Shown here piece by piece: positions 1 to 9,652 of a DNA stretch of 64,000 bases. The first letter of the stretch is position 1. Every line of letters begins with the position of its first letter. This stretch comes from the human T2T-CHM13v2.0 reference genome, Homo sapiens. Under the pieces are notes generated by a model, which was not told where the DNA came from, did not search any database, and was given only the letters and a program-made list of their open reading frames with translations. Made by a program: the position numbers and the translations under genes. The stretch lies in assembly GCA_009914755.4 (NCBI GenBank), contig CP068257.2, forward strand, positions 16,064,001 through 16,128,000, in the 5' to 3' direction.

Positions 1-2770
1 AAAAACGCCACCACACACATTATTCTCATCCCCAAAGAAAAACCCATATCTTCCCTTCAGCTCCTAGAAGCCACTCATATATGTTCTGTCTTTATGGACT
101 TATCTATTCTGATATTTTCTATAAATGGAGTCACATAATATATGACCTATTATGTCTGGTTTCCTTCACTTTGAATAGTTTCAAGGTTTACCTTCATTGC
201 AGCATGTATCAGAACTGCATTCCTTTTTATGGCTGAATAATATATCCCATATTTGTTTATCTGTTCATTTGTTGATGGACATTTGAGCTGTTTCCCATAT
301 CATCTTAACTATTTTTAAGTGTATGCTACAGTAGTGTTAACTATATGCATATTGTTGTACAGCAGATCTCTAGAACCTTTTCATCTTGCAAAACTGAAAG
401 TCTATACCCCATTGAGGAATGACTACTTATTTCCCCTTCCCTCCAGCCTCTAGTGACCACATTAACTTTCTGTTTCTATGAGTCTGACTACTTTAGATAC
501 CTTATATACATGGAATCATGCAGTATTTGTCTTTTTTTGTGACTGGCTTATTTCACTTAGCATAATGTCCTCAAGGTTCATGCACTTCTAGTATATGACA
601 GGATTTCCTTCTTTTTAAAAACTGAATAATACTCCATTGTATGTATATACCACATTTTCTTTATCTAGTTAACTGTCAATGGATATTTAGGTTGTTTGCT
701 CCCACCTCTTGGCTATCGTGAATATTATTGCAATTAATATGAGTGTGCATAATCTCTTCCAGATCCTGTTTTCAATTGTTTTGGGTAAATACCCAGGAGT
801 AGGATTGCTGAATCACATAATAATTCTACTGTTAATGTTTTGAGAAATCTCCATACTGTTTTCTTTAGCAGCTGCACCATTTTACATTCCCACCATCAGT
901 GCACAGGGTTTCCAATTTCTCCACACTCTCACCAGCATTTGTTATTTTCTAATTTTTGGATAATGGCCATTCTAATAGTTAGGAGGTGATATCTCACTGT
1001 GGTTTTTGATTTGCATTTCTCCAATGATTAGTGACATTGAGCATCTTTTCATTTGCTTGTTGGTCCTTTGTATATCTTCTTTAGAGAAATGTCTATTCAA
1101 GTCCTTTGCTCACTTTTAAATCACGTTTTTGTGTTTTTTTGATGTTGAGTTGTAGGAGTTCTTATATATTCTAGATATTAACCCCTTATCAGATATATCA
1201 TTTGCAAATATTTTCTCCCATTCTTTTTTTTTTTCTTTTTCTCCCATTCTTCAGGATGCCTTTTTACTTTACTAGTTGTTTCCTTTGCTGCACAGGAGTT
1301 TTTAAATTTGATATAGTCCCATTTGTCTATTTTTCCTTTTATCACTTGGGGTTATCAGGTCATATCCAAGAAATCATTGCCAAATACATGATCACAAAGC
1401 TTCTGCCTTATGTTTTCTTATAGTTAGTCGTTTTATAGTTTCAGATCTTATGGTTAGGTGGTTAATCCATTTCGAATTGATTTTTATATATGTTATAGGG
1501 TATCCAACATTTTTCTTTTGCAATTGGATGTCTGGGTTTCCCACCAGCATTTGTTGAAGATACTACACTTCCCCCATTGTGTAGTCTTGGTGCCCTTGTC
1601 GAAGATCATTTGACCATACATGTGAGGGTTTATTTCTGGGCTCTCTATTCTGTTCCATTAATATATATGCTTGTCTTTATGCCAGAATTATACTGTTTTG
1701 ATTAATGTGACTTTGTAATATATTTTGAAATTATAAAGTGTGAGGCCTTTAGCTTTGTTTGTTTGTTTCAGGATTGTTTTGGCTACTCAGAGTTCTTTGA
1801 GATTCCATATAAATTTTAGAATTTTTGTTCTATTTCTTAAAAAAATACCATTGGGATTTTGATAGGAACTGCATTGAATCCGTAGATAGCTTTAGGTAGT
1901 ATAGACATTTTGACAATATTGTCTTCCAGTCCATGAACAGAAGATGCTTTTTTATTTGTGTCCTTTTAATTCTTTTCAGGAATATTTTGTAGTTTTCAGT
2001 GTACACGTCTTTTGTCTCCTTGGTCAAGTTTATTCCTTAGTACTTTTTTTTTTTTTTTGATGCTATTGTATACTCAGTCTTAGCCAAAAGGCCAAAAGGC
2101 CAAATCATCCTATTGTAAATAGGATGATTTTCTAAATTTCCTTTTCATATTGTTTATTGTTATTATATAGACATATAGCTGATTTTTTGTGTTAATTTTG
2201 TGTTCTGTAGCTTTTCCAAATTCGTTTATTATTTCTAACAGTTATTTTTAATCTTTAGTGTTTTCTACATATGGAATCATATCATCTTCAGAAAGAGATC
2301 ATTCTATTCTTCCTTTCCAATTTGAATGCCTTTTATTTCTTTTTCTTCCTTATTCTGGCTGGGACTTGTAGGATTATGTTGAATAGAAGTGATAGTGGTC
2401 ATCCTTACCTTGCTCCAGATCTTATCAAAAAAACTTTCAGCTTTTCACCATTCAGTATGATGTTAGCTGGGAGCTTTTTATATATGGCTTTTATAAAGTT
2501 CAGGTAATTTTCTTATATTCCTAGTTTATTAAGTGTTTTTATCATGGTTTTGAATTTTGTTGAAGGTTTTTTGTGCATCAATTAAGATGATCATGTGATT
2601 TTTTTTCATTTATTCTGATAATGTAGTGGTCACATTGATTGATTTTAATATGTTGAACTACCCTTGCATCCTAGAAATAAATCCCACTTGGCCGTGGTAT
2701 GTGATTCTTTCAATGTGCTGTGCTGTTAAACTTGGTTTATTAGTATTCTGTTGAGGATTTCATTTGTGTT
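1..2770 (-). mobile_element. Older primate L1 (L1PB/L1MA-like), antisense: 3'UTR at about 1-700 then the ORF2 C-terminal half; the element continues beyond the left window edge
   Basis: Antisense L1 hallmark strings (ccattctaatagttaggaggtgatatctcactgtggtttttgatttgcatttctccaatgattagtgacattgagcatcttttcatttgcttgttgg; ttgcaaatattttctcccattc; tcaccattcagtatgatgttagctg). There is no intact ORF and the T-rich tract at 1220-1250 is internal. Confidence 0.8.
2059..2110 (-). other. Roughly 40-bp foreign segment inside the L1 that carries a U2-snRNA-5'-end-like motif (reverse complement tttggccttttggccttttggctaagactgagta), flanked by duplicated ctattgta
   Basis: Compared with the remembered L1 consensus (ttgatgcaattgtaaatgggatt), the window reads ttgatgctattgta[tactcagtcttagccaaaaggccaaaaggccaaatcatc]ctattgtaaatagg. 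ggccttttggctaaga matches U2 snRNA nucleotides about 10-25. A perfect 10-bp inverted repeat (atcatcctat / ataggatgat) lies immediately 3' of it. Confidence 0.3.
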
Positions 2771-3239
2771 TTTGAGACCCAACACAGAAGGAGAGATGAC
2801 AGGAACAGGATGAGAACTGGTTGGAGGAAGGATGGAGATTCTAGTCCTTGGGCGGCAGTTGGAGATGGCAGGTTTAGAAGAAGGAGCTGGAGAATTAGGA
2901 AAATAGCCAGTCAGAAACGATTGACAGTCAGGAAAAAGCTGCCAACTGGATCAAAACATTTGGTACAAAAACAAATCATACTAAGTCCAGGGGTGGTTTA
3001 GTAGTCAAAGAATCTTAAAGAGTCAGCAACTGTGGAGTTACTTTGTCACCAGGCCCTGTTGTAGCAGTCTGAGTTAATTCTGACATGTATCTGCAGGGAG
3101 GCTATGATTAAGTAACCTCCTTTCTCTGACTATGAAATGGGGTTAAGCAAGAGCTTGCAGTGGGAGATAATCATCAGAGACTTCAGATGCAGACAGCAGG
3201 AGATCCAGGGGCTGGGAAAGCCAGGCAGAGGTTCAGCAC

Positions 3240-3420
3240 TCACTCTCAAAACCTCATAACTTTTCTCATTACTCACCTCACCCTCTTCTTCCTTCTACCA
3301 CCCTCCACCTTTATCTTCCTTCCTTCTCCCTTCTCCTCCTCCTCTTCCTTCTCTCTTTCTTCCCCTCCCCCTCTTTCTCTTTCATCCTTTTTCTTCCTTC
3401 TTGCTGCTATTTTTCTTAAA
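3240..3420. repeat. Roughly 180-bp polypyrimidine (CT-rich) low-complexity tract
   Basis: The + strand is almost exclusively C/T (ctcacctcaccctcttcttccttctaccaccctccacctttatcttccttccttctcccttctcctcctcctcttcc...). Confidence 0.9.
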
Positions 3421-3944
3421 TCTTCATGGACACTGTGTACAGAAAATAGATAGGGAGGAACTAACATCATTTGTCTTTGCTACACTCTTGTTATCTTTAT
3501 ACTCTCAGTTCCCTGCAGATTCACATCCCCTCCCCAATATAGATCAATTGAGCTGAGAGGCTGCAACCAGACCGAAGTTTGTTGATTTTTAAAAATAATT
3601 TATATTGTATATATTAAAGGTAGACAACATGATGTTATAATATACATACAGATGGCAAAATGGTTAATATAGTAAAGCAAATCAACATATTCATTATCTC
3701 ACTTAGTAACCTGCTTTTTAAAATGTGTTTTGTTTTTCTTGAGCAAAAGCAGCTAAAATCTATTAATTTAGCAAAAATGGTGAATACAATACAATATTAT
3801 TAACTATTGTCCTCATATTTTATATTAGATCTCTAGGCTTGTTTATCCTCTATATCTGCCACTTTGTATCCTTTGACCTACATCTCCCCGTTTTCTCCTT
3901 TCTCAACTTTCAACCTCCACTTTCTATCCCTAGTAACCATTGTT

Positions 3945-4035
3945 TTATTCTCTATCGTATGTATTTGCCTTTTTTTTTAATTTCACAAAATAAATGAGAT
4001 CATGCAATATTTGTCTTTCTGTGTCTGGCTTATTT
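3945..4035 (-). mobile_element. Short L1 3'-terminal fragment (antisense)
   Basis: aataaatgagatcatgcaatatttgtctttctgtgtctggcttattt matches the antisense terminal 3'UTR of L1 (compare 500-560 in this window). Confidence 0.5.
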
Positions 4036-4039
4036 TTTT

Positions 4040-4745
4040 TCTTTTCCAGCTTTGACTTTAGGCTGCACACAGCATGGAGACCTTGGGCCCGGCTATGAAA
4101 CCACTTTTTCCTCCTAGGCCTCTGGGCCTGTGATGGGGGGGTTTGACATGAAGACCTCTTGAATGCCCTGGAAAAATTTTCCACATTGTCTTGGGGTTAA
4201 CATTTGGCTTCTCATTTCTTATGCAACTGTTTGAATTTCTCCTCAGAAAATGGGATTTTCTTTTCTATTGCATTGTCAGTCAACAAATTTTTTGAACTTC
4301 TATGCTTTGCTTCCCTTATAAAACTGATTGCCTTTAACAGCACCCAAGTCACCTCTTGAATGCTTTTCTGCTTAGAAATTTCTTCCGCAAGATACCCGAA
4401 ATCATCTCACTCCAGTTGAAAGTTCCACAAATCTCTAGGGCAGGGGCAAAATATCACCATTGTCTTTGGTAAAACATAACAAGAGTCACCTTTGCTCTGG
4501 TTCCCAACAAGCTCTTCATCTCCATCTGAGACCTCCTCAGCCTGGACTTTATTGTCCATATCGCTATCAGCATTTTGGGCAAAGCCATTCAACAAGTCTC
4601 TAGGAAGTTCCAAACTTTCCCATATTTTCCTGTCTTCTTCTGAACCCTCCAAACTCTTCCAACTTCTGCTTGTTACCCAGTTCCAAAGTCGCTTCCACAT
4701 TTTCAGGTATCTTTTCAGCTACACCCCACTGTGGTACCAATTTAC
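4040..4745 (-). mobile_element. Possible MaLR (THE1/MST) internal-region remnant adjoining the LTR below
   Basis: Contiguous with the THE1/MST-like LTR at 4746-5069 in the same orientation and carries a 97-aa minus-strand ORF (4407-4700). I recognise no family motif, so the call rests on position only. Confidence 0.25.
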
Positions 4746-5069
4746 TGTATTAGTCCGTTTCCGTGGTGCTGATAAAGACATACCTTAGCCTGGGTAATCT
4801 ATATAGGAAAAGGGGTTTAATGGACTTACATTTCCACATGGCTGGGGAGGCCTCACAATCATGGTGGAGGGCAAGGAGGAGCAAATCATATCTTATGTGG
4901 ATGGCAGCAGGCAAAGGGAGAGCTGGTTCAGGGAAACTCTCATTTTTAAAACCATCAGATCTTGTGAGACTCATTCACTATCACTATAATTCAATCACCT
5001 CCACAGGGTTCCTCCAATGACACGTGGAAATTGTGGAAGTTACATATCCCATATAGCCAAATCATATCA
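4746..5069 (-). mobile_element. MaLR LTR of THE1/MST type (diverged, internally deleted)
   Basis: Starts tgtattagtccgtttccgtggtgctgataaagacatacc and ends ccaaatcatatca, which is the reverse complement of the THE1 5' end TGATATGG. Internal landmarks: catggctggggaggcctcacaatcatgg and ccatcagatcttgtgagactcattcactatcac. Confidence 0.75.
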
Positions 5070-6402
5070 GGCAGGATATGTTAACTGAACATTTACTCAT
5101 GCTTTTGTACTTTCTTATATTCACTTTTTTGTTGTTGATAAAGTTTCCTTATATAAATATTCATCTTTCTTTGCCTTTGCCAGGGGAAGAGGAAAAAAGA
5201 AGGTTTTGGTTCATGTCTAGGCCTGGAGAGGGGAGCCATTTAGCACAAAAATTTAGTTAGCACTTAGCCTTAAGAGTAGCCTAGGAGAGAGGTGAGAATT
5301 CAGTGGGTGAGGGAGGTCTGGCCAGAGACCTCTTGAGCATTTCTTCCTGACCATCTAGAGTTGTCTAGGCACAAGCTCATCTTTGTGTATTGCTTTGAGA
5401 ATTTGTGTTTGATGTGTCTTAGAGTGGTGAAAATACTTCCAATCGCACAGCTGGTGGGTGAGGTAGGATCAGGAGGAGGGGGAGAGGACTCTTAGATTTG
5501 ATTTGCCAGTCTGTATGTTCTAGGAATCCCAAGAGGGAGCTTTGGATAAAGTTTCATATAGTAATCATTTATCAGGTATACTTGCATTCAGTGAGTTTGT
5601 TTACCTTAGATGAACTAAGTTGGCACCCCTTAACACCACCCCTGAATTCTGTCTAAAAAGATGCAATTTCACATCTTGGACAACTGTACTTGATGTGAAC
5701 TCCTGACACACTGGTCAATTGAAACTATCTGCATGTAAAACAGCTTTGTTTTTCCTTGCCCTGTAATGGATCATATTAATACATAGTCCCGCTCAAGACC
5801 AAAACTCTTTAGGACCAGCCTAGTGTAATTCCTCTTGGCCAGCTCTGGAGAGGACTGGGCTATGAATCATGCACAAAAGCCTAAGTGAAATGAACATGGA
5901 CATCTTCATTCCTGGGTAGTCTGAGTTTCCAGTCAGTTTATCTTCCCTGGGTTCAAGGCTCATTTATACTGGAGGTTGTGCTGGGTAGAGAAAAACACTG
6001 ATGATGAACCTATTGCAACAATTTGGTTGACCTGGGAGGTAGACTGGCCCATGATAAATTAGGATGACCTTTAGATTCTTACAGGCAATTGATAATGATG
6101 TTTACATTCCAGAAAAGGCCTAAAAGGTTATCTTCCAGACCTTCTTAAAAAGTGTTGACTGAATTTGAGGAAATCTCTAAGAGACTTCTGAGCAGCTACA
6201 ATAGTCAGGTGGTCAAATAACACACCAATCTCAAACATAATAAAAGCTTCTCTGCCCTTTGAAGCAGAATTTGGAGTGTTCTGGTAAAACAACTTTCTCA
6301 ATGCTCTCTGTCATATCTTGTTTTCTTTTTAACATCTCTTAATTTTATGTCTTTCTTTTCTCAATTCTCAGATTGCCAAAGAGAATATTTGAGATCTCAT
6401 AG

Positions 6403-6732
<330 letters not shown>

Positions 6733-6890
6733 TAGGGGATGATGGTTGGGAGGGATATAATCAAGGATATTTATCCTAATCATTACAGGTTCTGGCTAAG
6801 AGCCTTTACTAGAGTAATTCCTCAGTTTCAGATCAAAATTTTAAACTAATTATTGGCGTTGCTTTTTGGATATTGGAATGGCATTCCCCT

Positions 6891-7226
6891 ATGAGCTTCC
6901 TAGGGCTACCATAACAAAATACCACAAAACTGGGTGGCTTAAAGCAACAAAAATTTATTCTTTCATGGTTCTAGAGGTTGGAAGTCTGAAATCCAGGTGT
7001 TAGTAGGATTGGTTCATTCTGGAGGATGTGAGAAAGAATTTGCTCTATGCCTGTCTTTTAGCTTCTGGTAGCTTCTGGCAATCCTTGGCGTTCATGACTT
7101 ATAGACACATCACTTCAATCTCTGCCTCCAACTTCACATGGCCATCTCCATTTATGTGTGTCTTCAGGGAGTGTCTTCAACTCCCTTTCCCCTTATGAGG
7201 ACATCAATCATAAGATTTAGGGCCTA
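6891..7226 (+). mobile_element. 5' part of an MLT1-like MaLR LTR, interrupted at 7226 by the L1 insertion below
   Basis: tgagcttcctagggctaccataacaaaataccacaaaactgggtggcttaaagcaacaaaaatttattctttcatggttctagaggttggaagtctgaaatccaggtg ... cataagatttagggccta matches the MLT1 consensus start (TG..CTAGGGCTGCCATAACAAAGTACCACAAACTGGGTGGCTTAAAACAACAGAAATTTATT). The 3' part resumes at 14542. Confidence 0.6.
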
Positions 7227-7867
7227 TTGAAGTTTATAGCATTGAATGCCTACACAAAACACACACAAAAATAGACAGATCACAAATTAACAACCTAATG
7301 TCACATCTCAAGCAACTAGAAAAACAAGAACAAACCAAACCCAAAGCTAGCAGAAGAAAAGAAATAACAACGATCAGAGGAGAACTAAATGAAATTGAGA
7401 CCAAAAACAAAACCCAGTGGATCAATGAAACAAAAAGTTTGTTCTTTGAAAAGATGAAATTGATAACCACTAGCTAGACTAAGAAAAAAAGAAGAGGGCA
7501 GATCCAAATAAACACAATCAGAAATAAAAAAGAAGATATTACCGCTGAGACCACAGAAATACAAAAGATCATCAGAGATTTATAAACAACTGTATGCTCA
7601 CAAACTAGAAAACCTAAAGAAATTGGATAAATTCCTGGAACATACAACCTTCTAGGATTGAACTGGGAAGAAATAGAAATTATGAACAGACCAATAATGA
7701 GTAGTGAGATCAGTAATGAAAAACCCTCCCAGCAACAATAAAAAAAGACCAGGACTGAATGGATTCACAGGCGAATTCTACCAAATGTACAAAGAAGAAC
7801 TGGTACCCATCCTCCAGAAACTGTTCTAAAAAATCAAGGAGGAGGAAGTTATCTCTAACTCATTCTT

Positions 7868-8130
7868 TTTAATTTTTTTTTTCTTTTCCTTGAGATAGAA
7901 TCTCACTCTCCTCCTGGGTTCAAGCAATTCTCATGCCTCTGCCGCCCAAATAGCTGGGATTACAGGTATGTGCCACCATGCCCGGCTAATTTTTGCATTT
8001 TTTTTCTTTGGAAGAGACAGGGTTTCGCCATGTTGTCCAAGCTAGTCTTGAACTCCTGGCCTCAAGTGATCCCCCTGCCTCGGCCTCCCAAAGTTCTGGG
8101 ATTATTTAAGTGAGCTACCATGCCTGGCCC
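7868..8130 (-). mobile_element. Old Alu (internally deleted) nested in the L1, with 12-bp TSD ctaactcattct
   Basis: Poly-T head, ctgggttcaagcaattctcatgcctctgccgcccaaatagctgggattacaggtatgtgccaccatgcccggctaatttttgcat ... caaagttctgggattatttaagtgagctaccatgcctggcc. The direct repeat ctaactcattct lies at 7851-7862 and 8131-8142. Confidence 0.75.
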
Positions 8131-8662
8131 AATTCCCTAACTCATTCTATGAGGCCAGGATCACCCTGATACTAAGGCCAGACAAGGACACAACAACAAA
8201 AGAACCTACAGACCAATATCCCTGATGAACGTAGATGGAAAAGTCCTCAACAAAATACTAGCAAACCCAACCCAACAATATATAAAAAAGATAATACACC
8301 ATGATGAAGCGAGTTTTATTCCAGGGGTACAAAGACAGTTCAACACACATAATCAATAAATGTGATTCATCACATAAACAGAATTAAGGATGAAAACCAG
8401 ATGATTACCTCAATAGATGCAAAAAAAAGCATTTGATAAAATTCAAAATCCCTTCATAATAAAAACACTTGACAAACTAGACACAGAAAGAGTATACCTC
8501 AAAATAATAAAGGCAGTGTATGACAAACCTACAACCAATATTATACTAAATGGGGAGAAGTTGAAAGCATTCCCCCTAAGAACTGGAAGAAGACAAGTAT
8601 GCACACTTTTACCTCTCTTATATATCATAATACTGGAAGCCTTGGCCAGAGACATAAGGCAA

Positions 8663-8693
<31 letters not shown>

Positions 8694-8806
8694 TTTTTTG
8701 GAAAAGAAGTCAAATTATTTCTGTTCACTGATGATATGATCTTATATCTAGAACATCCACAAGACTCCACCAATATCTCTTACACTTGGTAAATGAATTC
8801 AGTAAG

Positions 8807-9489
8807 TATATTGGTCCATTCTCATGCTACTATAAAGGACTACCTGGCTGGGCGCGGTGGCTCACGCCTGTAATCCCAGCACTTTGGGAGGCCGAGGCGG
8901 GTGGATCACGAGGTCAGGAGATCGAAACCATCCTGGCTGACACGGTGAAACCCCGTCTCTACTGAAAAATACAAAAAAATCAGCTGGGCGTGGTGGCGGG
9001 CGCCTGTAGTTCCAGCTACTCCGGAGGCTGAGGAGATTGGCTTGAACCTGGGAGGCGGAGCTTGCAGTGAGCTGAGACCACGCCACTGCACTCCGGCCTG
9101 GGCGACAGAGCAAGATTCCCTCTCAAAAAAAAAAAAAAAAAGGACTACCCAAGATTCGGTAATTTATAAAGGGAAGAGGTTTAATTGACTCACAGTTCGG
9201 TATGGCTGTGGAGGCCTCAGGAAACTTACATTCATGGCAGAAGGGGAGGCAAACACAACCTTCTTCACATGATGGCAGGAAGGAGAAGTGCCAAGCACAA
9301 GGGGGAAAAGCCCCTGATAAAACCATCAGATCTCATGAGAACTCACTCACTATCACAAGAACAGCAGCATGGGGGTAACCACACCCATGATTCAATTACC
9401 TCCCACCAAGTCCCTCTCACAATGCGTGGGGATTATGGGAACTACAATTCAAGATGTGATTTAGGTGGGGACACAGCCAAACCATATCA
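8807..9489 (-). mobile_element. THE1-type MaLR solo LTR nested in the L1, with 5-bp TSD gtaag. It is itself split by the AluY below
   Basis: tatattggtccattctcatgctactataaagg ... [Alu] ... ggtaatttataaagggaagaggtttaattgactcacagttcggtatggctgtggaggcctcaggaaacttacattcatggcagaagg ... ggacacagccaaaccatatca, where the last string is the reverse complement of TGATATGGTTTGGCTGTGTCC. The L1 reading frame is continuous across gaattcagtaag|...|gtttcaggatacaaaatcaatgtgc ([13 protein letters not shown]). Confidence 0.85.
8846..9140 (+). mobile_element. AluY nested inside the THE1 LTR, with TSD aggactacc (8836-8844 and 9141-9149)
   Basis: ggctgggcgcggtggctcacgcctgtaatcccagcactttgggaggccgaggcgggtggatcacgaggtcaggagatcgaaaccatcctggctgacacggtgaaaccccgtctctactgaaaaatacaaaaaaatcagctgggcgtggtggcgggcgcc ... 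gcctgggcgacagagcaagattccctctc followed by A17. Low divergence and gagatcgaNaccatcc, diagnostic of a young subfamily. Confidence 0.9.
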
Positions 9490-9652
9490 GTAAGGTTTCA
9501 GGATACAAAATCAATGTGCACAAATCACTAGTATTTCTATATACCAATTATGATCATGCTGACAACCAAATTAAGAAGGCAATCACATTTACAGTAGCTA
9601 CAAAAAAATAAAATACCTAGGAATATATTTAACTGAGGAGGTGAAATATTTC

